64,000 nucleotides of DNA from Bacteriovoracaceae bacterium (lineage in GTDB: Bacteria > Bdellovibrionota > Bacteriovoracia > Bacteriovoracales > Bacteriovoracaceae). Both the position numbers and the translations under genes were made by a program. The stretch covers positions 64,001 through 128,000 of the forward strand of contig JBLWTJ010000003.1 in the NCBI GenBank assembly GCA_048270185.1. Direction: 5' to 3'. The notes beneath the pieces are model-generated. The model was not told where the DNA came from. It saw only the letters and a list, made by a program, of their open reading frames with translations, and did no database searches. Positions 10,317-19,947 of this stretch are shown one piece after another. Numbering within the stretch: the first letter of the stretch is position 1; each line of letters begins with the position of its first letter.

Positions 10317-10829
10317 ATGAAAAAAATAATAACATTCTCGATACTCCTATTTCTAAATCTTAATCTCTTAGCTCAAGAGACAGTTCATGTTACAGGCTCA
10401 ATTGAAATCAAGGCTGATATTCAAAGGGTTTTTGAATTGGTATCTGATCCAATGAATGATCATCTTTGGAGAAGGGAAGTTAATGAGATGATGACGGATC
10501 GTCGTGAATTAGAAGTTGGAAGTATCTTTAGAGAGGATGCTTGGATTGGTATCAAGCGCCACTTTATAACAACGACAGAGTTAATCGAGCTAGAGCCTCC
10601 TTATCGTGCACTTTTTGAAACAGTTAAATCAAATCCATATTTTCTAAGAAGTGATCGAAGCTTTAAAGAGACAACAAATGGAACAGTTTTTACCTATAAT
10701 GTTGATTTTGATCAGGCCATGATAAAGCCGACGTTTGGCTTTAATGCAAAACCTGAAACTGTTGTTAAACTCTACGGAATTCTCATGAAAGGGTATCTAA
10801 AGAAGCTTAAACGAATTCTTGAAAAGTAG
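10317..10829 (+). CDS. SRPBCC/START-like (polyketide cyclase family) protein with signal peptide
   Basis: SIEIKADIQRVFELVSDPMNDHLW N-terminal pattern and amphipathic C-terminal helix. Confidence 0.7.
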   Translation: MKKIITFSILLFLNLNLLAQETVHVTGSIEIKADIQRVFELVSDPMNDHLWRREVNEMMTDRRELEVGSIFREDAWIGIKRHFITTTELIELEPPYRALFETVKSNPYFLRSDRSFKETTNGTVFTYNVDFDQAMIKPTFGFNAKPETVVKLYGILMKGYLKKLKRILEK

Positions 10830-10830
10830 T

Positions 10831-11889
10831 TTAGAGATGATCTCGTAACTTTACTTCAGCTAGGATTTCATCTTTTGCTAAACTTTGTAGATCTTCGACT
10901 TCATCAAACTCATCCATGATTTCAATTCCAAAGAATGTCTCGACGATATCTTCTAATGTTATAAGTCCTAGAATTGTTCCGTAATTGTCACAGACCATGG
11001 CGATGTGTTCCTTCTCTCTAATAAATTTTTTAAAAAGTTGCCTAAGAGGGGTACGCCTATTCTTAATGGATATTGGTCGCATAATATTTAGCTCAGAAAT
11101 AGTTTTATTATTCATTCCTTCGATCATGGCCTTTGTGATATCTTCTTTGTGAATATAGCCTTGAATATTGTTAACGTTCTCTTCAAAGCATGGAATTCGA
11201 GTAATGGGAAAGCGTTGGTCGTAGATATACTGAATGGAGGAGTTGATATCGGCCATAATGACTTTTCTTGCAGGAGTCATAACTTCTTCGATACTTTTTC
11301 GTGATGCTAGTAGAGATTCTTTAAGGAATTCACCTTCATCTTTTGCCAATGCCTTTGTGCGAACTCCTAGCTCAATCATCGATTCAACTTCTTCACGGCT
11401 CATTTGGTGAGTAGGGTCAGTCTTGAGCATTCTCATTAATCCCATCGAAATATAGAGAATTGGTTTTAGAATAAAGATAAGAGGAGGCAAGACCTTAAGC
11501 ATAAAGGGAGTTAAGGTTTTCCAATAATGATGCCCTAGGGACTTCGGGATAATCTCTGATAAGTAGAGTATCGCCAATGTTAAGACAATTGAAACGGCCG
11601 ATAAGTAGTATTCGAGATTTGCTCCTGAAACACCCATATCTTTAAAGAGTTGAATCGATTCTGAACCTACTCCGGCGGCACCTAGAGTGTGGGCAAATGT
11701 GTTAAGGGTTAGGATGGCCGAGATCGCTTCATCCTTATTGGAGGCATACTTCTTTAGCTGTGGGGCAAAGCTCTTTTCTTGTCGCTGTGAGGCTAGAATA
11801 AAATTTGGAGTAATAGAAAGTAAGACGGCCTCTAGGATTGAGCATAAGAAGGAGACACCTATTGAGATTAGGACGTAGATAATTAACAT
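10831..11889 (-). CDS. CNNM/CorB (DUF21 + CBS pair) Mg2+/Co2+ transport-family protein
   Basis: SFLCSILEAVLLS, AILTLNT, SEIIPKSLG, GLITLEDIVE, EIMDEFD; RBS AAGGAG before ATG 11889. Confidence 0.88.
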   Translation of the reverse strand: MLIIYVLISIGVSFLCSILEAVLLSITPNFILASQRQEKSFAPQLKKYASNKDEAISAILTLNTFAHTLGAAGVGSESIQLFKDMGVSGANLEYYLSAVSIVLTLAILYLSEIIPKSLGHHYWKTLTPFMLKVLPPLIFILKPILYISMGLMRMLKTDPTHQMSREEVESMIELGVRTKALAKDEGEFLKESLLASRKSIEEVMTPARKVIMADINSSIQYIYDQRFPITRIPCFEENVNNIQGYIHKEDITKAMIEGMNNKTISELNIMRPISIKNRRTPLRQLFKKFIREKEHIAMVCDNYGTILGLITLEDIVETFFGIEIMDEFDEVEDLQSLAKDEILAEVKLRDHL

Positions 11890-12098
11890 ATTAGCTTGGA
11901 CTCCTTTGTCCATGATTTAAATTGGGCATTGGTCTTAAAGTTTACCTAAAAGCCGACAATGGATTGTCAATTTAGTGTTAAAATAAGCTAATATTTGAGT
12001 TATTTGGTAGGTGATAATCAGGACTTAAGATAAAACGTGGCTTAAGCTCTGAGTTTGCAGTACAATATTAAGGATTTAAAAACTCAAATGAGGTATGT

Positions 12099-12551
12099 AT
12101 GAATGTTTCAGAATTTATGACTAAGAATGTAACAACTTGTAATCAGGATCAAACAGTAGGTGATGCTGCAAAGAAAATGCTTGAACTTGGTGTTAGTGTT
12201 ATGCCTGTTGTTGATGATTCAGGTAAGCTCGTTGGTATTGTGACTCAATCTGACTTTATTGGAAAGCAAGTTGATATACCACATGCTCTTGTATCGATTA
12301 AGAGATTATTTGGTCAAGACTTCAACGCTACAGATGTTGAAGATGTATATAAGAAAGCAAAAGTTAAGAAGCTTTCAGAAGTTATGTCATCAAACTTAGT
12401 AACTGTAACTCAAGACTATACTCTTGATGATGTTGTTACTCTTATGATGAAGAAGAATTTAAAGAGATTACCTGTTTTAGATGGTGAAAAGCTTGTAGGG
12501 CTTATAACTCGTAGGGATTTAATTAAAGCATTTGAACAAAGTTCAAAATAA
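12099..12551 (+). CDS. CBS-domain pair protein
   Basis: VSEFMT..., MPVVD..GKLVGIVTQSD, LPVLDGEKLVGLITRRD; RBS GAGG. Confidence 0.9.
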   Translation: MNVSEFMTKNVTTCNQDQTVGDAAKKMLELGVSVMPVVDDSGKLVGIVTQSDFIGKQVDIPHALVSIKRLFGQDFNATDVEDVYKKAKVKKLSEVMSSNLVTVTQDYTLDDVVTLMMKKNLKRLPVLDGEKLVGLITRRDLIKAFEQSSK

Positions 12552-12556
12552 ATATG

Positions 12557-12581
12557 AAGGCCTCTGAATGAGGCCTTTTTT
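12557..12581 (+). terminator. Intrinsic terminator, probably bidirectional
   Basis: AAGGCCTC-TGAAT-GAGGCCTT followed by a T-run, between convergent genes. Confidence 0.75.
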
Positions 12582-13506
12582 ATAGACAATCTTTTGGTGA
12601 GTTAAACTCATACCCTTTAAAAACTTCATTCTTTATAAAGTTATACTTTGCCATGGAAATTGACTTTAATTTCTTTGGATTTAAACGATAAGCAACAATA
12701 CTTTCTGCAGCGTCCTCTCCGGGATTAGTTGCTCCATAACCAGAGATCATTCTACTTCTGTCATAGCGCCATCCCATTGGATGATCAATCCAGTTTGATA
12801 GCTTCCACCATTCTTGGTTATATCCCATATTGATAGGATAGCCTAAGTTATGAGCAAACTCGTGTAGGAGAGTGTAGACCTTTCCCTTGTTATCTAATTC
12901 ACGCTCCCAAGGAGTGTAGAGTTCAATCGAAGCATTGGCAAAAATCATCCCATTAGCGCGATAGCCGATACCTTCTTTAATATGTTTTACAAGCCTCTTA
13001 TTATTCTTTAGGAGAAAGAAGCTCTTTGGAATTAGACTTACGGTTTCAAGAACAATGTCGAGTTCTTCTTTACTCATTATTCCTGCATCAATATTTGAAT
13101 AAGCAGATGTATTTAATTCATATTCATTGATGAGATAAATTGTCTTTGCAATGAGCTCATCCTCTTCAAATAAATGAGTGAGGGCACACTTTATTGAAAT
13201 ACACTGACGTGCTTTTGAAATTCGAGTTTTAAAGTCTTTGTGATTTATAATTTTCTTTAAAACGTGATCTTTAACAAGTCTTCTAAAGATAGAAATTGAA
13301 TCTTGTGATTCATTTTGAAATTTAAAATATGTTGATTGATATTTCTCATTACCATTGGCCAAGAGTTTTTCAACACTCTTCTCAATTTTATAATCAGAAG
13401 CAAGCTCTTCTTTACAATAGGCATTGTCGACAAGCTCGAATGGAGTAGCATATTCACTAAGAGCAAAACTACTAAGTGAAAAGAGTAATGGCATAAGAAA
13501 TTTCAT
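12580..13506 (-). CDS. Secreted putative zinc metallopeptidase (zincin-like)
   Basis: Signal peptide; TLLHEFAH (HExxH) and downstream YGATNPGEDAAES. Confidence 0.6.
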   Translation of the reverse strand: MKFLMPLLFSLSSFALSEYATPFELVDNAYCKEELASDYKIEKSVEKLLANGNEKYQSTYFKFQNESQDSISIFRRLVKDHVLKKIINHKDFKTRISKARQCISIKCALTHLFEEDELIAKTIYLINEYELNTSAYSNIDAGIMSKEELDIVLETVSLIPKSFFLLKNNKRLVKHIKEGIGYRANGMIFANASIELYTPWERELDNKGKVYTLLHEFAHNLGYPINMGYNQEWWKLSNWIDHPMGWRYDRSRMISGYGATNPGEDAAESIVAYRLNPKKLKSISMAKYNFIKNEVFKGYEFNSPKDCL

Positions 13507-13570
13507 AATTACTTATGCCTATATTTACTGTTTTTCTCAATACTTAAGGGCTTTCCTTGTAGTATTTATA

Positions 13571-14857
13571 CTACTTTTCACGCATAAACATAAAGACAAT
13601 GGCCACCACAGGTAAGAAGAAGCAGTAAAAAGAATTTGTGACAACATCCCAAGGAGAGATTCTAAATGTAACACCTAGAAGAAGGGCCTGTGCTCCGTAA
13701 GGTAGAATTCCTTGTACGGTACAACTAAAAATATCAATGAGGGATGCACTTCTCTTTGCTGTGATACCTCCACTTTGTGCAAGCTTTTTGGCAATCGGCC
13801 CAACGATAATAATTGAAACCGTGTTATTAGCAATACAAGTATTAGTGACTGCGGCCATAAGTCCAATTCCTAATTGATCTGCAATGGACTTATTTATTTT
13901 TCCTATTTTTGTGATAATGCCTTGAATTTTATTAGAGATAAAGTCTAGGCCTCCATCTGCTCTGATAAATTCACTTAGGCCTCCAATAAGCATTGAGAGG
14001 AGAAAGATGTCTTGCATGTTTGTGAAGCCTTGGTATGTATGGCCAATGAGATCACTCATTGTGTAGGTCTGCGTAAAGCCTACAGCGGCCGCTGAGAAGA
14101 TACCAAGTAATAGAACGACGAAAACATTCACACCTAAGAGTGCGAGTATGAGAATTAATAAATATGGTAGTGCTAGGAATAAGTTATAATCTTTAACGTA
14201 CTCAAGCTCTGGTGTTGGCAAAAGATAGAAGTAAATTACAAGAGTAATGATGGCCGCAATCGAAGCAATCTTAAAATTCTCGCGAAACTTATCGCGCATA
14301 TTACAACCTTGTGTACGAGTCGCTGCAATTGTCGTATCAGAAATTATTGATAAGTTATCACCAAACATTGCACCAGATAAAACGGCTCCGGCCACTATCG
14401 GAAGATTAATTTGAGCTTTTGTGGCAAGGCTTAGTGCAATTGGAGCGATGGCCCCGATTGTTCCCATCGATGTTCCCATCGCCGTTGCAACGACTGCTGA
14501 AATAATAAATAGTCCAGGAAGAAGTAAGTAAGATGGGATAACTGATAAGCCTAGGCTAACAATGGCATCAACTCCACCTGTTTCTCTGGCCACTGTTGAA
14601 AAGGCTCCAGCTAAAAGATAAATAAGACACATTGTAATAATATCGGGATGGCCAATACCACTAATAAATTTTGAAATATTTGTATTCAATTTATCTTTTG
14701 AAATAATGAATGCAAGTATGATTGCTGGAATAATCGCAATCGGGGCCGGTAATTGATAGAATGCGTGCTTAACACCATTTAATTGAAAGTAGATTCCTAC
14801 ACCTAAGAAAATTGCAACAAAGAGAGTGAGGGGTAATAGGGATAATTTCTGTCTCAT
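13571..14857 (-). CDS. NhaC-family transporter (MetT-like putative amino-acid/cation transporter)
   Basis: AMGTSMGT, GAMFGDNLSIISDTTIAATRTQG, QGILPYGAQ. Confidence 0.85.
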   Translation of the reverse strand: MRQKLSLLPLTLFVAIFLGVGIYFQLNGVKHAFYQLPAPIAIIPAIILAFIISKDKLNTNISKFISGIGHPDIITMCLIYLLAGAFSTVARETGGVDAIVSLGLSVIPSYLLLPGLFIISAVVATAMGTSMGTIGAIAPIALSLATKAQINLPIVAGAVLSGAMFGDNLSIISDTTIAATRTQGCNMRDKFRENFKIASIAAIITLVIYFYLLPTPELEYVKDYNLFLALPYLLILILALLGVNVFVVLLLGIFSAAAVGFTQTYTMSDLIGHTYQGFTNMQDIFLLSMLIGGLSEFIRADGGLDFISNKIQGIITKIGKINKSIADQLGIGLMAAVTNTCIANNTVSIIIVGPIAKKLAQSGGITAKRSASLIDIFSCTVQGILPYGAQALLLGVTFRISPWDVVTNSFYCFFLPVVAIVFMFMREK

Positions 14858-16422
14858 TATTTCCAGCCTTTAACTTCTAGATAAGATTGATTGAAGGGAT
14901 CAAATTTTAAATCGATCTTGTATAACTTATTATCCGGTCTGGCGTAAAGTGAATCCTGAGTGTCGAGTATAATTGCTACACTATGTCCTTTCTTAATATT
15001 ATAAGCACTCGCAACTAATTCTATTTGAATGTCTTCCCTTAGATTATGTCCAGTGTATGCTCCATGAGTAATGAGCTTTGCTATTCCTCGTGGAGATACA
15101 TCGTAGAGGTAAGCGATGATCTGATAAGGTGCAGATGACACTTCAACATTAAGCTTTAAGCGTGGAATTCCTCGAATCGTATACTCTTGAGTAAGAGGTG
15201 CAGATTTAAACTTTAAGCTATTTAAAATATTATTAAATTTCGGGTAGTTAATTGTAGGTATATTAAAATGTCCATCAAGAACAGCTGAAATAAATGGAAC
15301 ACCTGTTGATGCACCAGAATCAAGCCCTGCAAAGAATTGGTTTTCTTGCGTTTTCCCGAGGTAAGGCATAGGAGATAAGCTTCCTTTTAAAATACTTCTT
15401 GGGTGAAGAAAGAGTCTCTTTGGAAATTGAAAACTAGGTTGTACTTCACGTGGTTTGTAGACATCAGGTTGTACGACAATTCGATTTAGCTCAAAGTCCT
15501 TCTTTGTATGATCTTTTTTTAACCAGTAGTGAAACCAAGAACTCATACGATCAAAGAGATAGCTTTGCAGCCCTAGCAGTCCAGGAAGCTCTGCCGTTGC
15601 ATGTGAGCCTTGAGAGAGGTCTAAAACCTTTGGAGCTGATATCTTATGAAAAGCTTTTATTAGAGCGTTAGGTTGAAAGAGATTATCGCCGAAATTATTG
15701 GCCAGATAAATTGGTTTGTTGAAGCGATTAATTTTTGAAAGATTGTTGATGAGACTTCGCTCATACACCCATTCTTTAAATTCTTCATCATCACCTTGCA
15801 GGACATTATCAAGAATTCGTGGGATATTAGGGTCCATATTACCTAGGATATCTCCTGATTTAACGAGGAAGTTAGACCAGAAAAGTCTTGGAGTATTTTG
15901 TGCGTATAGCGCTTCTTTTAGATTTGTCCAAGTACTCATTGCAAAGACTGTCTTAATACGGTCTTCTTTTGCAAGCCCCATAAGAGAGAGGCCTCCTCCG
16001 TATGAGATTCCGGCCATTGCGAAATTTCCTTTTTGAGCAGGAGTATACTCCTCCAGCCAGTCGAGAATTTTTCTGAGATCCTGGAAGTCATTTTTTCCGG
16101 CAACATTGATAAGGCCTTCAGAACAGCCCCAACCTCGAGTACTATAACTAAAAACTTGAAAACCTTCTTTTGCAAGTCTAATGGCCTGGGCCATGTACTC
16201 ATGTTCTTCAACTGTCCAGCTATTAGGGAAAATGATTGTGGGGTAGGGCCCTTTAAACTTCTTTGGTGTTAAGAGGTTTCCATAAATTTTTGTCTTATCA
16301 AATGAAGTAATAACAACATCACGATCATAGTGATAATCATCTGAATCGGGGAGATCAAGATTGATACAAATATTGGCAAGCGTACTAAAATTGAGAAGTA
16401 GTAAAATAAGTAAAGTTTTCAT
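14857..16422 (-). CDS. Secreted CocE/NonD (peptidase S15) alpha/beta hydrolase
   Basis: Signal peptide; YSTRGWGCSEG; nucleophile GISYGG; DNLF and GSHA; C-terminal jelly-roll-like region. Confidence 0.85.
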   Translation of the reverse strand: MKTLLILLLLNFSTLANICINLDLPDSDDYHYDRDVVITSFDKTKIYGNLLTPKKFKGPYPTIIFPNSWTVEEHEYMAQAIRLAKEGFQVFSYSTRGWGCSEGLINVAGKNDFQDLRKILDWLEEYTPAQKGNFAMAGISYGGGLSLMGLAKEDRIKTVFAMSTWTNLKEALYAQNTPRLFWSNFLVKSGDILGNMDPNIPRILDNVLQGDDEEFKEWVYERSLINNLSKINRFNKPIYLANNFGDNLFQPNALIKAFHKISAPKVLDLSQGSHATAELPGLLGLQSYLFDRMSSWFHYWLKKDHTKKDFELNRIVVQPDVYKPREVQPSFQFPKRLFLHPRSILKGSLSPMPYLGKTQENQFFAGLDSGASTGVPFISAVLDGHFNIPTINYPKFNNILNSLKFKSAPLTQEYTIRGIPRLKLNVEVSSAPYQIIAYLYDVSPRGIAKLITHGAYTGHNLREDIQIELVASAYNIKKGHSVAIILDTQDSLYARPDNKLYKIDLKFDPFNQSYLEVKGWK

Positions 16423-16509
16423 AAGAAATATTATATAGTCTTCGGATTTACTTATTAAAGGCTCGCTTTAGCCTTTTTTCTTACTACTTCTATCAACGGT
16501 GACAGTTTC

Positions 16510-16950
16510 TTATAAAAATGACTTTATTAAGTCCTTTCTAGTTACAATTCCCACCAATTTATTATCTTTCAACACTGGAACACGTTTTAGATGATTATCA
16601 ATCATGAACTCAACGAAGTTTTCCATATTCGTATTGCTATTAACGGTTTTCACTTTCTTTGTCATGACTTCTCCAACTTTCTTTTCTTTCACCAGGGCAT
16701 AGAGTTTTTCGAGACTATTAAAACTTAAATTCTGTCCAAAAATCTGTTTCATCTTGGCCATGGCATGTGGAATTTCAACTTCTTTTCCAAGAAAATCAGA
16801 CTCCGTAAGAATACCGATAATCTCACTATTTTCATTAACGACAGGAAGCATACTAATGCGATTATCACACATAATCTTTGCCGCATCTTTGACTTGCATG
16901 TCTGGATTAATTGTAATTAGTTTACTTGTCATAACACTATCAATATTCAT
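16510..16950 (-). CDS. CBS-domain pair protein, paralogue of 12099..12551
   Basis: SDFLGKEVEIPHA vs SDFIGKQVDIPHA; LVGIVTRKDL. Confidence 0.9.
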   Translation of the reverse strand: MNIDSVMTSKLITINPDMQVKDAAKIMCDNRISMLPVVNENSEIIGILTESDFLGKEVEIPHAMAKMKQIFGQNLSFNSLEKLYALVKEKKVGEVMTKKVKTVNSNTNMENFVEFMIDNHLKRVPVLKDNKLVGIVTRKDLIKSFL

Positions 16951-17128
16951 TTTAACCTCGCTGTTGTTACGGCTCTAATAACGGGAGATGTGAATCGTTT
17001 AATGAGTTAATAAAAGTGAAAAAAAATTAACTTAAACAATCTCATTGTGGTTCCGATAAGATGTCATTGATTTTATGTAATAATTTTGTGTTAGTCCCGA
17101 GAAGGGTCTAATTAAAGGGGAGTTTGTT

Positions 17129-19087
17129 ATCAATAGTGAAGAATCTACTATCAATAAAAATGTCTTTTTCTCATCCGCATTTTTCATTCTCATAATCACT
17201 GCAGTTGGCTCGATATGGCCGGATCAGTTAAGTCATTTCTTCAAGGGTATTCAGTCTTGGTTAATTGCAAAAACAAGTTGGGTGTATATCCTATCGATGG
17301 GAATCGTTTTATTTACATCAATTTGGCTCATGGTTAGTCGCTTAGGAGATATTAAACTAGGTCCAGATCATTCAGAACCTAGTTATACAAATATTTCTTG
17401 GTTTGCGATGCTATTTTCTGCAGGCATGGGAATCGGCCTGCTTTTCTTTGGTGTTGCCGAACCTATTATGCACTTTGCTTCTCCGCCAACAGGTGACCCT
17501 CAGTCAATTGAAAGTGCCCGAGAGGCCATGAAGATCACCTTCTTCCATTGGGGGCTACATGCTTGGGCAGTCTATGCAATACTTGCAGTTTGCTTAGCCT
17601 ATTTTTGCTATCGAAAAGATTTACCTCTACTTCCTCGTTCTGCATTTTATCCTATCTTAGGTGATAAGATTTATGGCGTAGCCGGTGATATAATCGATAC
17701 ATTCTCTGTAGTTGGAACAATGTTTGGTGTTGCTACATCTCTTGGCTTTGGGGTTTCACAAGTCAATGCTGGTCTACACTACTTGATTGGTATTCCTCAG
17801 TCAGAATTAATCCAAGTTGGTCTTATTGCCATTATCACGACAATGGCAACTGTTTCAGTTGTGCTAGGTCTTGATGGTGGGATTAAAAAGTTATCAAATA
17901 TTAACCTTACTGTAGCAGTTCTACTTCTACTTGCCGTTTTATTATTAGGTAATACAGTCGATTTATTTCAGACCTATGTTCAAAACACGGGAGCCTATCT
18001 TTCAGATATAATTTATAAAACATTTAACCTCTATGCTTATGATAAGAAAGAGGAGTGGATTGGTGGCTGGACACTTCTTTACTGGGGGTGGTGGATATCA
18101 TGGTCACCATTTGTTGGAATGTTCATTGCCCGCATCTCCAGAGGACGATCGATTCGTGAATTTATGATCGGCGTTTTATTTGTTCCAACTGGTTTTACCT
18201 TCTTATGGATGACGGTCTTTGGTAATTCGGCAATTAGTATTGCACTAAAAGATAAGACGGGAGAGTTTGTTTCAACAGTGAGTGGAAATGTTCCAGTTGC
18301 TCTTTTTAAGTTCTTTGAATATTTTCCATTTTCAAGCTTTCTTTCAGTCTTAGGTGTTATTCTTGTTGTAACTTTCTTTGTTAGTTCATCAGACTCTGGC
18401 TCACTTGTTATTGATACCCTTGCCTCAGGAGGAAAACAAGAGCCTCCTGTATGGCAGAGAGTCTTTTGGGCCGTAACAGAAGGAGTTGTCGCTGCAATTC
18501 TATTACATGCAGGTGGGTTGGATGCACTTCAAACCATGACCATTGCTTCAGCCTTTCCAATGATGATCATGATTCTCGTGGCAATTTATTGTCTAATCAA
18601 GTCATTGCGGGCCGATCTCTTATTAATGAGATCAGTACAGAATTACACGACAACTGTTCAGTATGAGAAAGTCAATATGACTTGGAAAGATCGACTTCAG
18701 TCTTTACTTGCTCACCCTAAGCTTAAAGAAGCAGATAAATTCTTAAGTGATGTTGTAGCGCCTGGGCTTGAAGAGCTCAAGCAAGAAATGGAGAAGAATG
18801 GACTTAATGTTAAGCTTACAACGACAAGAAAGGATGCCATTTCACTTGTCATTCATAACGATGAAGTTGAAGACTTTAAGTATGAAGTCTATCTAAGATC
18901 ATTTGAAGTACCAGGCTATGCTCCGGAAGAACAGAAAGTCTATTATCGGGCCGAGGTCTTCCTATTAAATGGGGGGCAGGAGTATGATATCTTCGGCTAC
19001 ACTAAGGAACAAATTGTGGCAGATGCCGTGACTCAATACGAGAAACACTTCCACTTCCTCCACCTTGCAAATTCTGAATTAGTATAA
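17129..19087 (+). CDS. betT: BCCT-family choline/glycine betaine transporter with long C-terminal domain; probable non-canonical ATC start at 17129
   Basis: SWFAMLFSAGMGIGL, FFHWGLHAW, WWISWSPFVGMFIARISRGR; frame open upstream of 17282 and encodes TM1 (INKNVFFSSAFFILII). Confidence 0.88.
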   Translation: MNSEESTINKNVFFSSAFFILIITAVGSIWPDQLSHFFKGIQSWLIAKTSWVYILSMGIVLFTSIWLMVSRLGDIKLGPDHSEPSYTNISWFAMLFSAGMGIGLLFFGVAEPIMHFASPPTGDPQSIESAREAMKITFFHWGLHAWAVYAILAVCLAYFCYRKDLPLLPRSAFYPILGDKIYGVAGDIIDTFSVVGTMFGVATSLGFGVSQVNAGLHYLIGIPQSELIQVGLIAIITTMATVSVVLGLDGGIKKLSNINLTVAVLLLLAVLLLGNTVDLFQTYVQNTGAYLSDIIYKTFNLYAYDKKEEWIGGWTLLYWGWWISWSPFVGMFIARISRGRSIREFMIGVLFVPTGFTFLWMTVFGNSAISIALKDKTGEFVSTVSGNVPVALFKFFEYFPFSSFLSVLGVILVVTFFVSSSDSGSLVIDTLASGGKQEPPVWQRVFWAVTEGVVAAILLHAGGLDALQTMTIASAFPMMIMILVAIYCLIKSLRADLLLMRSVQNYTTTVQYEKVNMTWKDRLQSLLAHPKLKEADKFLSDVVAPGLEELKQEMEKNGLNVKLTTTRKDAISLVIHNDEVEDFKYEVYLRSFEVPGYAPEEQKVYYRAEVFLLNGGQEYDIFGYTKEQIVADAVTQYEKHFHFLHLANSELV

Positions 19088-19096
19088 TTTTTTGAG

Positions 19097-19132
19097 GGCC
19101 AAGTTTCGTTGAATTTCAATCGAAACTTGGTC
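19097..19132 (+). terminator. Stem-loop after betT
   Basis: GGCCAAGTTTCG...CGAAACTTGGTC inverted repeat followed by TATTCTT. Confidence 0.6.
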
Positions 19133-19280
19133 TATTCTTGCCCTAATATCTCGCCAATATTTATTGTTAATACGTTAATTAAGTGACGGTATTTCAGTTA
19201 GTTACATCTTTTAGAACAAAGATTTCAATAACTAGTAAACTAATACAAATGATCATATACGGTTGAACGTTGGAGGATAA

Positions 19281-19526
19281 ATGATCGCACTCAAAAACGC
19301 TTTGTTTTTATTTATTATTCTATACTCAGGATACCTTCAAGCTGAAAATACAGGAGAAAACTTAAATTGTTCAGAAATAGAGAAAGTAAGGTGTCTCGAA
19401 GTCCAGGAATACGGCCATGAATTTGTAGGCCCAAAATTTGATGAATATATTATTGAAGAATACAAAACATTCACACGGCCATCAACGCGCGAGTTAATTT
19501 GTTGTGGGATAGGCGAAAGTGAATAG
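19281..19526 (+). CDS. Small secreted Cys-containing hypothetical protein
   Basis: Strong RBS GGAGG; signal peptide; four Cys. Confidence 0.65.
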   Translation: MIALKNALFLFIILYSGYLQAENTGENLNCSEIEKVRCLEVQEYGHEFVGPKFDEYIIEEYKTFTRPSTRELICCGIGESE

Positions 19527-19647
19527 TATTCAAAAATATCTCTCTAAGTGTTTAATATTCTGTATTACCACCTGAGTGGCGCCTGAGTACCTAAATAGCC
19601 GCCACATTGCCCATTTGTCAGTTTATTGTAAATTTAGCTTTCTTCAT

Positions 19648-19677
19648 TTGACTCAGATTAATGACTCTTGTTATGAT
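19648..19677 (+). promoter_or_regulatory. Sigma70-type promoter of the copper operon
   Basis: TTGACT (19648-19653), 18-nt spacer, extended -10 TGnTATGAT (19669-19677). Confidence 0.6.
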
Positions 19678-19681
19678 ATAT

Positions 19682-19698
19682 ATACCCTATAGGGGTAT
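19682..19698 (+). promoter_or_regulatory. CsoR operator
   Basis: ATACCCTATAGGGGTAT matches the TACCC-N-GGGGTA G/C-tract CsoR operator pattern; lies between -10 and the copZ RBS; csoR is in the operon. Confidence 0.85.
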
Positions 19699-19708
19699 GG
19701 AGAATATT

Positions 19709-19936
19709 ATGAAAAGTGTACTATTTAATGTTAGCGGAATGAATTGTGGTGGTTGTGTAGCGAAAGTGGAAAGAGAGCTTGCTACATTTACAGATATTAA
19801 TAAAGTCGAAGTCGATTTAGAGAATCAAGAAATTAAGGTTTCTGGGGAAGATACATTCTCGAATATGAAGGTTAAGCAGACTCTTACTGAAATAGGATTT
19901 CCTGTTTCAGGGATGAAAAAGCTTAAACTACAATAG
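19709..19936 (+). CDS. copZ: Copper chaperone (HMA domain); start 19709
   Basis: GMNCGGC motif; RBS GGAG. Confidence 0.88.
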   Translation: MKSVLFNVSGMNCGGCVAKVERELATFTDINKVEVDLENQEIKVSGEDTFSNMKVKQTLTEIGFPVSGMKKLKLQ

Positions 19937-19947
19937 GAGAATTATTC

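Noticed and set aside
16457..16479. Hairpin AAAGGCT/AGCCTTT with a T-run on the + strand between two minus-strand genes
   Set aside because: Probably a weak or bidirectional terminator of the CBS gene; no evidence for an antisense transcript
19568..19620. GC-richer patch with a CCTGAGT direct repeat and a small hairpin upstream of the cop promoter
   Set aside because: Too short to support an ncRNA, att site or repeat call
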